Shown here one piece after another: positions 50,017 to 60,108 of a stretch of DNA of 64,000 nt. The stretch is from Clostridia bacterium (GTDB taxonomy: Bacteria; Bacillota; Clostridia; DUPQ01). Position numbers and translations under genes: made by a program. Each line of letters begins with the position of its first letter. The stretch's first letter is position 1. The notes beneath the pieces were generated by a model, which did not search any database, had not been told where the DNA came from, and saw only the letters and a list, made by a program, of their open reading frames with translations. The stretch lies in the NCBI GenBank assembly GCA_041678685.1, contig JBAYNV010000001.1, forward strand, positions 4,498-68,497. The letters are read 5' to 3'.

Positions 50017-51477
50017 CTATATCATATTGATCAGTGTATCCAGCATCTCATCGATCACCTGCATAACATTTGCAGCTGCCTCATATGATTTCTGATACGT
50101 GGTCAGGTTTATGGTCTCTTCAGTAAGGCTAACTCCTGATACTGAGTCTCTCTGACTGCTTATATAGTCTGCTATTTCATCCTGGCTGGAAGCTCTTGCT
50201 TTGGCATATCCTGTCGTTATAGTCACCTTCGAAAACACAGACTCTATATGATCCTCCAGGTTACCTATACTGGCATCCCCGTACATTATGCCTGTAGCAT
50301 CCCTCAGTGCCACCAGCTTCATCAGATTCCTGTTATTTGACGTTCCTGCGGAGTCGTTCAAAGATACATCAGATGCCGCTATATTTGATGCGTTTTCATT
50401 TAAAGCATCTGATATCCTGATATTTGATGCTTTCAGGTTCTCACTGTTAAAAAAGTCTGCTCCGGATACTGAAAGATTTGAGCCGTATGGCAGAGTATAT
50501 CCTTCGCTGTTTATACTGTTGAACTGTTCAACTATGGAACCTGCAAGATCATCCAGCTGGCTTATGACATAATCAATCCCCATTTTATCCTGAGAGTTGC
50601 CGTCTCTGATATCTTGCATACCTTTCAGCTGTCCGCCTGTTAGCAATACTTTAGTACCTGTATCTTTCCAGTAAAGCTGATTGAATGTGCCTTCGACAGC
50701 GTCACTTTCCAGGTTGTTCTTCACTTCTATCTCATGGACAGTGTAATGGTCCACAAGGCAGTATCCGCCTGACATGACCTGAAATTCACCGTTGTCTCTT
50801 TCATTTACCGTCACACTCATAAGACCTGAAAGATCGTCAGCGATAAGGTTCCTCTGATCCCTTAATTCATTTGCTGTCGCGCCTGTCACTTCAAATTCAC
50901 AGATCAGTTTATTCAGTTCGACCAGCTGATATGCTTTATCGTTGATCTCATATGCAAGTGTCGCTACATCATCATTCAGTTCGGTCTTGTACTGCATCAG
51001 CGCATCTGCGGTTATGTTTAAATTTTCAGTGAAAAGTATCGCATTCTGTTTTACTTCTTCCCTGATAGTCATATTTTCAGTATTCGCAGCCAGGTTTTCT
51101 ATAGAATCAAAAAGATCTGTAAGCATATTGCTTATAGAATCATCTCTCCCGTTCCTCATCAGACTGTTTATGTATATATACCCTGAACTCTCAGTGGAAA
51201 GCTCTGCCTGTATACCCATTTCCTTACGGTACATGCTGTCATAATAATCATCACGTACCTGCTTTATCTGTGCAAGTTGCACTCCTCTTCCGATGTTTGT
51301 TGCACCTGAACTTGAAAACAGGGTCCTGGAATTATCACCTACCGCTTCAAGGATTATCTGCTGTCTTGTGTATCCTTCCGTGTTGGCATTGGCAATATTG
51401 TGGCCTGTGATGTCGATCGCTTTTTGATTTACATACAGGCTTTTTCTGACTATTTCAATACCGCTGAATGTGCTCAT
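50017..51477 (-). CDS. flgK: flagellar hook-associated protein 1 FlgK
   Basis: The N-terminal rod/hook motif (IDITGHNIANANTEGYTRQ) and a C-terminal FlgK domain. Confidence 0.85.
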   Translation of the reverse strand: MSTFSGIEIVRKSLYVNQKAIDITGHNIANANTEGYTRQQIILEAVGDNSRTLFSSSGATNIGRGVQLAQIKQVRDDYYDSMYRKEMGIQAELSTESSGYIYINSLMRNGRDDSISNMLTDLFDSIENLAANTENMTIREEVKQNAILFTENLNITADALMQYKTELNDDVATLAYEINDKAYQLVELNKLICEFEVTGATANELRDQRNLIADDLSGLMSVTVNERDNGEFQVMSGGYCLVDHYTVHEIEVKNNLESDAVEGTFNQLYWKDTGTKVLLTGGQLKGMQDIRDGNSQDKMGIDYVISQLDDLAGSIVEQFNSINSEGYTLPYGSNLSVSGADFFNSENLKASNIRISDALNENASNIAASDVSLNDSAGTSNNRNLMKLVALRDATGIMYGDASIGNLEDHIESVFSKVTITTGYAKARASSQDEIADYISSQRDSVSGVSLTEETINLTTYQKSYEAAANVMQVIDEMLDTLINMI

Positions 51478-51479
51478 GA

Positions 51480-51938
51480 TTATACCCTTTTATCTAACAG
51501 GACATTAGGCTCGTAATATCTTTCGCTCTTCTTCTCGATGATATCCAGAGCTGACCTGAGTTCTTCCAGCCTGGTCTCAACTATTTTCACATTGAGAGTT
51601 TTTAATTTTTCCTGTTCAACAAGATCGCTGTAAAAACGTTCTGTCAGCTTCTCAGCTTTTCTGATCTGATCAGGTTCCAGATATTTATGCATTATTCTTT
51701 TAGTGAACTTCTTTATCCCGTACTGATTTTTCAATATATTCAGTGCTCTCTGTTTTTTATTTTCAGCCAATGAAAACCTCATAAGCAATGCCTCTTCAAG
51801 TTTTATTATACTGTTGAGCATACTAATATCATTACTCTTAAGTATGTTTGCTTTTTCTTTTGAGACAGCATTGAATTGATCTATTATGTCGATCTGTTTT
51901 GAATACAAACTCATTACCTCTTCAAAAAGTTCTATCAT
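51480..51938 (-). CDS. flgN: FlgN-family flagellar chaperone (YvyG-like)
   Basis: A 152-aa helical protein at the yvyG/flgN position between flgM and flgK. GGAGG SD. Confidence 0.5.
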   Translation of the reverse strand: MIELFEEVMSLYSKQIDIIDQFNAVSKEKANILKSNDISMLNSIIKLEEALLMRFSLAENKKQRALNILKNQYGIKKFTKRIMHKYLEPDQIRKAEKLTERFYSDLVEQEKLKTLNVKIVETRLEELRSALDIIEKKSERYYEPNVLLDKRV

Positions 51939-52016
51939 AAGGCCTCCTTTTTGGGTAAAACAAACTATAGCTTAAACTGTAAAGCTTACACGGTTCAAGG
52001 ATATTATTTCCTCAAA

Positions 52017-52295
52017 CTACTTTTTTATTATCGAATCGATGATCTTTTCGGATAATGCCTTACTGTCGACCTTATAATCACCGCTTTTGATCCTGCTTTT
52101 TATGCTGCTTATCATATCAGCACGGTCGATATCTGCGTTTTTTGCCTTCTGGATGTACTTGTCGATGGACTTTGCCTGATCAGAGATACTTACTTCATCA
52201 CTGACATGCATATCCTGTCTGTATATCTGTCCTTTATCCGAGTTATTACTGACCTTATTGACTGTATCGTATGCATTTACTGGATTTATTTTCAT
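52017..52295 (-). CDS. flgM: anti-sigma-28 factor FlgM
   Basis: 92 aa. The C-terminal ...IKSRIKSGDYKVDSKALSEKIIDS matches the FlgM sigma-28 binding helices. Confidence 0.7.
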   Translation of the reverse strand: MKINPVNAYDTVNKVSNNSDKGQIYRQDMHVSDEVSISDQAKSIDKYIQKAKNADIDRADMISSIKSRIKSGDYKVDSKALSEKIIDSIIKK

Positions 52296-52310
52296 AATAG
52301 ATCTCCTTGC

Positions 52311-53060
52311 TTATTTACGTAATCTGTTAGCTATACCGCTGATCTCATCCATGACCTGAAGTACTTTTGAGTTCATCTGGTAGAGCCTCTGGGCCTGTAT
52401 GAGATCAGTCATCTCCACCGCCATATTCACATTCGACTGTTCCAAACTTCCCTGCCTTAATGATATATCGGCAACTTCTGTGTTTTCCTTTAGTCCCGTA
52501 CCGTTTTTATATAAACTTTTTCCAAAAGCTTCCAGCTCACCGGGGTTTTCAAAGGATGTGATATCCAGTGTGACCGTTCTGCCGCTGTTTTTAAAAGAAA
52601 TAACGCCGTCAGTATCGATCACCAAATCTCCATCTTCCCCGCTTACCTGTATCTTATCACCATTTGCATCTAAGAGGAAGTATCCTTCATCACTGGCAAG
52701 ATATAAATTATTCTCATACTCAGACAGGGAAAAACTTCCTCCTCTTGTATAAAACCTCTCATTTCCGTCAGACAGGGTCAAAAAACCGTCTTTATAAAAA
52801 GCAAGATCATAATCATCTCCGGTCTCCTTCAGATCCCCATATGTAAAATCCTTTGAATATCCGTTTGTGGTTATCCCGCTTCCCAGGGTATATTCTTTAG
52901 TTGACTCGGTATCATAAAGTGAATACATGAGATCACTGAAACTAACCGATGTTTTCTTATAACCGTTCGTGTTTATATTTGATATATTGCCTGAGATCAC
53001 ATCAAATACTTTTTCCTGGCATATCATGGAATTTGCGGCTATGTAGTAAGCGTTGTTCAT
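52311..53060 (-). CDS. flgG: flagellar basal-body rod protein FlgG
   Basis: The N-terminal rod motif (GNISNINTNGYKK) and a C-terminal (VEMTDLIQAQRLYQMNSKVLQV). Confidence 0.8.
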   Translation of the reverse strand: MNNAYYIAANSMICQEKVFDVISGNISNINTNGYKKTSVSFSDLMYSLYDTESTKEYTLGSGITTNGYSKDFTYGDLKETGDDYDLAFYKDGFLTLSDGNERFYTRGGSFSLSEYENNLYLASDEGYFLLDANGDKIQVSGEDGDLVIDTDGVISFKNSGRTVTLDITSFENPGELEAFGKSLYKNGTGLKENTEVADISLRQGSLEQSNVNMAVEMTDLIQAQRLYQMNSKVLQVMDEISGIANRLRK

Positions 53061-53072
53061 CTGTTATTCTCC

Positions 53073-53789
53073 TTAAAATGCGGCTATGGTATTTACTGCT
53101 TTCCCGTTCATCTCATCAAGGATCTGTATGACTGCCTGATTTGTTTCATATTTGTTGCTTATATCCATCATTTTTAAATATTCCTCAGTGAGGCTGACAT
53201 TTGATCCCTCGGTGTATCCCTGCTTTATCTCAGCCTGGCTTTCAATCGTAACGGCATTTTCACTTGCTGCATAATAATCAAACCCGATCTTTTTCAGTTC
53301 CGTATAATCTGCAAAATCGACTGCTTCTATCGTATCGGCATATATCCCGCCAACGGTCACGGTACCCGCTTTGGAGATCTCCACATCCTGATCGGCGGCA
53401 TATATCTTTCCCTGCGTCCCCATGATATATGCTCCATGCTGATCCACAAGATATCCGTCTGTATCGATATCAAAACTTCCGCCTCTTGAATAATACAGAT
53501 TGTCTTTATACATCACTTCAATGAAACCGTTCTTATCAAGAGCGATATCATTAATATCGCCTTCATACAATTCGCCCTGCGTAAAGTCTGTACAGATATT
53601 CAGATCGAACAGGTTTTCCTTTTCTGAATCATATTGTTCCTGTATAAAGTAATCGCTGAATGATCTTATGGTAAGAGTATCGGTCTTATACCTGTCTGTC
53701 GATGTATTTGCAATATTATTTGACACAACAGCAAGCTGGCTGTTCAGTGTAAGTAACGATCTTCCAAGTTGATCAAGGCCGATATCCAT
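53073..53789 (-). CDS. flgF: flagellar basal-body rod protein FlgF/FlgG family
   Basis: N-terminal VVSNNIANTSTDRYK and C-terminal rod heptads. It is a paralogue of the downstream flgG. Confidence 0.8.
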   Translation of the reverse strand: MDIGLDQLGRSLLTLNSQLAVVSNNIANTSTDRYKTDTLTIRSFSDYFIQEQYDSEKENLFDLNICTDFTQGELYEGDINDIALDKNGFIEVMYKDNLYYSRGGSFDIDTDGYLVDQHGAYIMGTQGKIYAADQDVEISKAGTVTVGGIYADTIEAVDFADYTELKKIGFDYYAASENAVTIESQAEIKQGYTEGSNVSLTEEYLKMMDISNKYETNQAVIQILDEMNGKAVNTIAAF

Positions 53790-53820
53790 CTATTTCCTCC
53801 TGTAATGGCTCTTGGTTATT

Positions 53821-53847
53821 ACATCGGCATTTTATCGGTTTACTTTA
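53821..53847 (-). promoter_or_regulatory. sigma-28-type promoter for flgF-flgG-flgM-... (TAAA-N15-GCCGATGT)
   Basis: The minus strand reads cTAAA gtaaaccgataaaat GCCGATGT aa. The spacer is exactly 15 nt and the -10 matches 7 of 8 positions. The -35 overlaps the fliA stop codon. It lies about 30 nt upstream of the flgF ATG, leaving room for the GGAGG SD. Confidence 0.55.
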
Positions 53848-54576
53848 GATATTATCTTTCAATTCTTCTTTTAATTTCGACAGGATCCCTGAAATTATCT
53901 GTGATATCCTTGATTCGCACAGATCCATGATCTGTGCGATCTCTTTATAAGTCAGCTCTTCAGTGTAATACAGATTCAGTATCGTTTTTTCTTTTTCACT
54001 CAGTCTGTCCACGTGGTATGCCAATGCCTCGATGAGCTGTGCTTTATCCAGGGTCTCTTCAGGATATTCCTCTTCCTTACGGCTTTTTATTATATCTCCG
54101 TTATCTTCTATATATGACTCGAAGGAGACCATGTCAGACAAGGCTTCTTCTTCCTGTATCCTTTTTACTTTATCGATGCTTATATCCAGTGCGGATGATA
54201 TTTCCTGTAAAGTCGGTTCTTTCCCATAACAGTTATGATACTTGTTGAGAAAATCATTCAGTTCTTTTGATTTTTTCCTTGTATCTCTGGACAGTATGTC
54301 TAACTTCCTCATATAATCCAGGATCTGCCCTTTGATCCTCAGACAGGCGTAAGACTCGAATTTCACATTCTTATTGGAATCGAATTTTTCTACGGCATCG
54401 ATAAGCCCGATAACGCCTTCGCTATACAGGTCATCTTCTTCGACCAGACCTATCCTGGTGCATGGAATTGTGTATATCACCCTTTTTACCAGATATGCGT
54501 ACTGTTCGACTATCACGTTCCTGTTAGCGACAGTTCTGCGATCCATGTATTCATTCCAAATTTTAGTTTTGTCCAT
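53845..54576 (-). CDS. fliA: flagellar sigma factor FliA/SigD (sigma-28)
   Basis: Region 2 (DLYSEGVIGLIDAVEKFD), region 3 and region 4 HTH (LTYKEIAQIMDLCESRISQI). Confidence 0.9.
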   Translation of the reverse strand: MDKTKIWNEYMDRRTVANRNVIVEQYAYLVKRVIYTIPCTRIGLVEEDDLYSEGVIGLIDAVEKFDSNKNVKFESYACLRIKGQILDYMRKLDILSRDTRKKSKELNDFLNKYHNCYGKEPTLQEISSALDISIDKVKRIQEEEALSDMVSFESYIEDNGDIIKSRKEEEYPEETLDKAQLIEALAYHVDRLSEKEKTILNLYYTEELTYKEIAQIMDLCESRISQIISGILSKLKEELKDNI

Positions 54577-54585
54577 CTGCCACTC

Positions 54586-56643
54586 CTATTGTAAAACAAC
54601 GCTTCCGACTATCTGGATCTTCACTTTATTCTCTATTTCATTATATGACAAAACATCGATATTTTCATCTATCTGGTGAACAATATCCACTAAATAGATC
54701 CTTATGATAGGTGATGTGAGTATTATGGCATCTATTCCCTGCGATGCCGCTTTCCTTATAGCATCACCTGATGCTTTAATGATATCTTTGATTTTTTCCG
54801 GTTCAAGTGCAAGATATCCTCCACCTTCCGCTGCTCTTATCCCTTTTGTGATCATATCTTCGATATCATGATGCACGGTGATGACATCGATCTTGCCTGA
54901 AGGGGCATATATCTGCGTTATTTCACGCTTTAATGCCTGCCTGACATATTCTATAAGGACATTCATATCTTTTGTTGTTTTTGCATAATCTCCAAGCGTT
55001 TCTATGATGATATCCAGTGATTTGACAGGTATGCCTTCCTTGAGAAGTCCCATCAGGACCTTATGCAACTGGCCTATTGTCACTGTTTTACCTATCACCT
55101 CATCAACGAGCACGCTCTGTTTTTCTTTCAGATTGTCAACGAGTTTCTGTATTTCCTGACGGCCGATTATTTCATACGAATGTTTTTTAACGATCTTTGA
55201 AATATGCGTCGCAATGACGGATGAAGGGCTTATCACCGTATATCCGAGCATCTGTGCTTTATCCTGCATATCCTTGGTGATCCATTTCGCATGCATCCCA
55301 TATGCCGGATCCTTGGTATCGATCCCTTCCAGATCATCTTCGTCTGCAGCCTGTGAATTCATTGCAAGCATATGATCGGAAAGTACGACCCCTTTTTCAA
55401 CGACTGTGTTACGTATCATGATAGCATATTCATTTGATTTTAAAGACAGATTATCCCGGAATCGGACCACAGGTATTACTATACCCAGACTTGATGCAAA
55501 CTGGTTCCTTATGGTTATCATCCTTTCAAGAAGGTCTCCGCCCTGCGCTTCATCTATCAGAGGGATAAGTGAATAACCCAGTTCTATTTTAACCGGATCC
55601 ACGTTCAGTAACTCCATTATATTGGTCTTGACAGGTTCCCTCTCGCTTTTTACCTGCACTTCCTCATTGGCTTTTACAGGCATCGTTTTTTTCTTTGTTT
55701 TTGAATAGATCGCATAACCCATCGCCAGAAGCGCACCGCCTATAAGAAGCAGAAAGAAACCCGGGAATCCCGGAACTATGCTCAGTAAAAGCAACGCGGC
55801 TCCGCTTACGAACAGCACTTTGTAATCAGAAAAAAGCTGTGACGTAAACTGCTCGTTCAGATCCTGATCGGCTGTGGATCTTGTGGCTATAATGCCTGTA
55901 GCAGTCGATATCATTAAAGACGGGATCTGGGAAACCAGACCGTCTCCGACGGTCGCAAGAGAATAAACCTCGATGACCTGTGCAAATTCCATTCCCTCTG
56001 AAGTGACGCCTATGATCATGCCGCCTATAAAATTTATAAGTGTTATGATGATACCTGCTATAGCATCACCTTTGACGAACTTAGTCGCGCCGTCCATAGA
56101 TCCGTAAAAGTCCGCCTGATATTCCACTTTTTTTCTTCTTATTTTTGCTTCTTTTTCATCTATGAATCCTGCATTCAGATCGGCATCGATGGCCATCTGC
56201 TTGCCGGGCATCGAATCAAGCGTGAATCTGGCAGCGACTTCAGACACTCTTTCCGCACCTTTTGTAATAACGATGAACTGGATGATCATAATGATCAGAT
56301 ATATCACTAGTCCGACGACTATATTCCCCTGTACGACGAAACTGCCGAAAGCCGCAATGACTTTCCCTGCCGCCCCGCCTTCACCGAGTATTATCCTGGT
56401 AGAAGAGATATTTAAAGAAAGCCTGAAAAGAGTGGTTATCAGTAAAAGCATCGGGAAAATGGAAAAATTCAAAGGTTCCTTAACGTACAGGGTAGTCAAT
56501 AATATCATGAGTGAAAAAGTAATGTTGATTATGAGCAATATGTCCAGAAGAGTCGTACTTAAGGGAACGACGATAATGACTATTATCCCGATAACGATCG
56601 CAGCTAAAATACATTGTTTGAATTTACTTTTAATTTTGATCAC
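54586..56643 (-). CDS. flhA: flagellar export apparatus protein FlhA
   Basis: 685 aa, FHIPEP family, with 8 TM segments and a large cytoplasmic domain. Confidence 0.95.
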   Translation of the reverse strand: MIKIKSKFKQCILAAIVIGIIVIIVVPLSTTLLDILLIINITFSLMILLTTLYVKEPLNFSIFPMLLLITTLFRLSLNISSTRIILGEGGAAGKVIAAFGSFVVQGNIVVGLVIYLIIMIIQFIVITKGAERVSEVAARFTLDSMPGKQMAIDADLNAGFIDEKEAKIRRKKVEYQADFYGSMDGATKFVKGDAIAGIIITLINFIGGMIIGVTSEGMEFAQVIEVYSLATVGDGLVSQIPSLMISTATGIIATRSTADQDLNEQFTSQLFSDYKVLFVSGAALLLLSIVPGFPGFFLLLIGGALLAMGYAIYSKTKKKTMPVKANEEVQVKSEREPVKTNIMELLNVDPVKIELGYSLIPLIDEAQGGDLLERMITIRNQFASSLGIVIPVVRFRDNLSLKSNEYAIMIRNTVVEKGVVLSDHMLAMNSQAADEDDLEGIDTKDPAYGMHAKWITKDMQDKAQMLGYTVISPSSVIATHISKIVKKHSYEIIGRQEIQKLVDNLKEKQSVLVDEVIGKTVTIGQLHKVLMGLLKEGIPVKSLDIIIETLGDYAKTTKDMNVLIEYVRQALKREITQIYAPSGKIDVITVHHDIEDMITKGIRAAEGGGYLALEPEKIKDIIKASGDAIRKAASQGIDAIILTSPIIRIYLVDIVHQIDENIDVLSYNEIENKVKIQIVGSVVLQ

Positions 56644-57682
56644 CAGTCTCTTTCTTATTCTTCATATTGTAAACATAAGCCAGTATTTCAGCAACCGCTT
56701 TATACTGCTCATACGGTATCAGGTCGCCTATCTCGGTTTTTTTGTACAGTATCCTTGCCAACGGCCTATTCTCCACAATATATACGTTATTCTCTCTTGC
56801 TATCTGTTTTATTTTTTCCGCTATCAGTCCCTGTCCCTTTGCGACTACCTTAGGGGCGGTATCCTGCTTATGGGCATATTTTATCGCTATTGCAAGATGG
56901 GTAGGGTTCGTGATCACCGCATCTGCAGCAGGTACGGCGTGCATCATATGTCTTTTTGATATCTGGCGCTGCCTGCTTTTTATAAACGATTTTACCTGAG
57001 GATCACCTTCGGTATTTTTAAATTCATCCTTCACCTCCTGCTTCGACATTTTAAGTCTTTTTTCGTATTCGAACCACTGGTATATGAAATCCACAATTGC
57101 CAATCCCGTGAGTCCTATAAGAACGCTTGTCAGTACCTTTGTCAAAACTGAAAGAGCCTTTTGCAACGCAGGATAAATACCATAGAAACTCAGATAGGAA
57201 AATTCCAGCATGGCACTCTCCAGAGCGGTATAGGAAATGAGCACTATGACCGTCAGTTTCGCAAGACTCTTTAAAAGGTCAAATATCATTCTTTTTGAAA
57301 AGATCCTTTTGAATCCTTCCAGCGGATTCAGTTTTGCCAGATCAGGCTTCAGCTTTTTTGTTGTAAACAGGAACCCTACCTGCATATAATTGGTCGCCAT
57401 CCCTATTACAAGCATAGCTATCATAAACACTCCGGCTGTCTCTAAAAATAACTTCCCGTATTTTACATAATTAAATACAGGTTCAAAATCCGTTATGTAT
57501 AAAGAATTTTCTAAAAAGACTGCGACCGCGGAGAAAGCATTGATAAAATACACGCCTATAAGAAGAGTAATGACCAGCAGCGAAAAAATATTACCTATTT
57601 CAATGCTTTTATTGACATCGCCTTCTTTTTTAGCGTCACGCCGTTTTTTTAACGTGGCCTTTTCTGTTTTCTCACCGGCCAT
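56630..57682 (-). CDS. flhB: flagellar export apparatus protein FlhB
   Basis: N-terminal MAGEKTEKATLKKRRDAKKEG, 4 TM segments and the NPTH autocleavage motif (VITNPTHLAIAIKY). Confidence 0.95.
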   Translation of the reverse strand: MAGEKTEKATLKKRRDAKKEGDVNKSIEIGNIFSLLVITLLIGVYFINAFSAVAVFLENSLYITDFEPVFNYVKYGKLFLETAGVFMIAMLVIGMATNYMQVGFLFTTKKLKPDLAKLNPLEGFKRIFSKRMIFDLLKSLAKLTVIVLISYTALESAMLEFSYLSFYGIYPALQKALSVLTKVLTSVLIGLTGLAIVDFIYQWFEYEKRLKMSKQEVKDEFKNTEGDPQVKSFIKSRQRQISKRHMMHAVPAADAVITNPTHLAIAIKYAHKQDTAPKVVAKGQGLIAEKIKQIARENNVYIVENRPLARILYKKTEIGDLIPYEQYKAVAEILAYVYNMKNKKETGDQN

Positions 57683-58462
57683 TTATCCCATACTCCTTAT
57701 CAGCATCATCGCGCTTTCAAACATATCATTAAAATACACATCCAGAAACTGGAAAGCAGGTCCTATAAGAAAATTGAGCAGTAAAAGCGACATCCCTATT
57801 TTAACAGGGATACCGATAACGAACACATTCATCTGGGGCATGAACTTTATTATGACGCCCAGTAAAAATTCAGTTACAAGCATGAGCAGAATAAGGGGCA
57901 GAATGAGCTTTACCGCGTATGCATAGGTAAATGAAAATGCATTATAAAAAACTTCATAACAGGTCTCATTGAAACTTCCTCCTGTTATAGGGATACTGTC
58001 ATACATGGAATATATCAGGAACACAAGCTTGGGGACTCCGTTTAAAACAATGAAAGTCAGAAATCCCATTGCATACAGGAAGTTTCCCACAAGCGGGACT
58101 TCCATCTGCATCTGCACATCATATATCCCGCCTACACTGAATCCCATCTGCATATCCGCGAGCTGGCCGGCTGCATAGAAGATCGAAAAGAATATGACGG
58201 TTATGAAACTGACGGAGATACCTATCAATGCTTCTTTTACTACAAGCATTATATATGCAGTCTGTTCAATGCCGCCAAGATCGGGAAGAGTGTCGAAACC
58301 AAGCATTATAATTGAAGCCAGAATAACGGAGAATCCCACTTTGGTCGTTGCAGGTATCCCTTTACGGCCGAAAACAGGTGAAACTGCTATAAAAGCAGAA
58401 ACCCTTACCAGAACCAGAAGGAAAACGTCTATATGAGTATAAATGACAGAAAAACCACTCAT
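57683..58462 (-). CDS. fliR: flagellar export apparatus protein FliR
   Basis: 259 aa, polytopic, FliR family. Confidence 0.9.
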   Translation of the reverse strand: MSGFSVIYTHIDVFLLVLVRVSAFIAVSPVFGRKGIPATTKVGFSVILASIIMLGFDTLPDLGGIEQTAYIMLVVKEALIGISVSFITVIFFSIFYAAGQLADMQMGFSVGGIYDVQMQMEVPLVGNFLYAMGFLTFIVLNGVPKLVFLIYSMYDSIPITGGSFNETCYEVFYNAFSFTYAYAVKLILPLILLMLVTEFLLGVIIKFMPQMNVFVIGIPVKIGMSLLLLNFLIGPAFQFLDVYFNDMFESAMMLIRSMG

Positions 58463-58469
58463 TCTTCTC

Positions 58470-58736
58470 CTATATCAGCGACAGTATCTGATCAAACAGC
58501 TGCCTGGTATATTCCGTCAGCTGACTGATCATCCATGATCCCAAAATTATCAATCCTAAAAAAACCACTACTATCTTAGGCACAAGCACCATATTCTGTT
58601 CATTGATCTGGGTAGCTGCCTGAAAAACAGCTATGATGATACCTACTACCATGGCGATGACCATTATCGGTAAAGCGACCTTTAAAACGACCGTCAATGA
58701 ATCCTTTATCAAATTTACTACGACAGCCTGATCCAT
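58470..58736 (-). CDS. fliQ: flagellar export apparatus protein FliQ
   Basis: 88 aa from the internal ATG (AGAGGT SD) with two TM segments. The track start at 58796 would overlap fliP by 43 nt. Confidence 0.85.
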   Translation of the reverse strand: MDQAVVVNLIKDSLTVVLKVALPIMVIAMVVGIIIAVFQAATQINEQNMVLVPKIVVVFLGLIILGSWMISQLTEYTRQLFDQILSLI

Positions 58737-58753
58737 ATGTACCTCTTTTCTGT

Positions 58754-59512
58754 TTAGCCGAAACTCATTATCAGGGTCTTCATTATAAGTTCCCATCCGT
58801 CGACCAGTACAAAAAGCAGCACTTTGAACGGTACGGATATCATTGAGGGAGGAAGCATCATCATACCCATTGACATGAGGATGCTTGATACGATCATATC
58901 TATCATTATGAAAGGAAGATAGATCAGAAACCCGATCTTGAAGGCCTTAGTGATCTCTCCTGTGATAAATGCCGGGATAATGACACTTAAGGGCATCTCC
59001 TCCAGAGTGTCCGGCGTTTCTTCGATCCCTGAAAGAGACAGAAACATATTGATGCTTTCGGGTTCGGTCTGACATTCTTTGAACATAAATTCCTTTATGG
59101 GATCTTCAGCAGCTTCCAGCGCCTGTACTATAGTAATTTCCTCTTTGATATACGGATCATATGCGACCTCTTTTATCTCCCCTATCGTAGGTGACATTAT
59201 GAACAGCGTCAGAATAAGCGATATCCCTATCAGTACCTGATTAGGAGGCATCTGCTGCGTCCCCATCGCATTCCTGGTAAATGACAGTACCACCAGTATC
59301 CTGGTATATGAAGTCATCAGAAGGAGTATCGTAGGCAAAGCAGTCAGTATCAGCAGGATCACAACGGTCGGTATTATCTCTGAATATCCTGACAGCGTAT
59401 CCATACCCTGTTCAAGGATCTCCGATATATCATCCTCTTCAGCCGCTATAACGGTAGAAGGAAAAAGCACAGCCAGTATTGCAAATAACAGTCCGATCTT
59501 TTTACGCATCAA
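58754..59512 (-). CDS. fliP: flagellar export apparatus protein FliP
   Basis: A signal peptide plus the FliP family TM core. Confidence 0.95.
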   Translation of the reverse strand: MMRKKIGLLFAILAVLFPSTVIAAEEDDISEILEQGMDTLSGYSEIIPTVVILLILTALPTILLLMTSYTRILVVLSFTRNAMGTQQMPPNQVLIGISLILTLFIMSPTIGEIKEVAYDPYIKEEITIVQALEAAEDPIKEFMFKECQTEPESINMFLSLSGIEETPDTLEEMPLSVIIPAFITGEITKAFKIGFLIYLPFIMIDMIVSSILMSMGMMMLPPSMISVPFKVLLFVLVDGWELIMKTLIMSFG

Positions 59513-59862
59513 AGTTTCCTGCCTCCGTCCTTTGATCCTGTTAAAAAACCGGACAGAACATCACGAAATGATGCAGCCGGTGTTTCCTGCTCCAATAGTT
59601 TTAACTGATCTTTTTTTATTTTACTCAACAGAGTGATCGAAGTTGCGGATATCCCGATAACAATAATGAAGTCACCTATCTCGACTAACTGTATCTGTTT
59701 ATCCTGTGTAAGCGCGATCCTGTCAATGATCCTGACATATTTGCCGTTTGAGAATCTGTTTGTTTTACCCGCAAACTTTTTCAGGAGCCAATAAAACCCT
59801 AATAGCATAGCGCATATGATAAAAAGCCCCAGAATCAGCGGCAGAAAATCCTCAAATGTCAT
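59509..59862 (-). CDS. fliO: flagellar biosynthesis protein FliO (FliZ)
   Basis: A 117-aa single-TM protein immediately upstream of fliP. Confidence 0.65.
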   Translation of the reverse strand: MTFEDFLPLILGLFIICAMLLGFYWLLKKFAGKTNRFSNGKYVRIIDRIALTQDKQIQLVEIGDFIIVIGISATSITLLSKIKKDQLKLLEQETPAASFRDVLSGFLTGSKDGGRKL

Positions 59863-59877
59863 CTTGACCCCTAAAAT

Positions 59878-59906
59878 AGTATATTACAACAAGTAGTCAC
59901 ATGCAA
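59878..59906 (-). promoter_or_regulatory. candidate sigma-A promoter for the fliO-...-fliA early operon (TTGCAT-17-TATACT)
   Basis: The minus strand reads TTGCAT gtgactacttgttgtaa TATACT. It is followed by a very short leader containing AGGGG before the fliO ATG, which makes the TSS assignment uncertain. An AT-rich region of about 130 bp lies upstream. Confidence 0.35.
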
Positions 59907-60041
59907 GATTATTTCTCTATTTATAATAATAATTATTCACTATTTATTTAATTATTGTTTATTTACTCATAAAGAGTTATATAGGATTTCATGAGCAAAA
60001 ACTGATAAATTTCTATATGATTTTATACATTTTCTGGATTT

Positions 60042-60084
60042 GAAAAAATGAAAGCCGGGTACCGGTGATGACCTGATACCCGGC
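60042..60084 (-). terminator. rho-independent terminator after the acyl-CoA ligase gene
   Basis: GCCGGGTA (15-nt loop) TACCCGGC. On the minus strand it is followed by TTCATTTTTT. Confidence 0.6.
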
Positions 60085-60108
60085 TATTTGATCGATCTGC
60101 GATCTGAC

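Noticed and set aside
51939-52016. Possible terminator or promoter in the flgM-flgN gap
   Set aside because: No stable hairpin with a T-run and no CCGATA-type -10 was found. Only a weak AAGCTT-containing imperfect inverted repeat is present.
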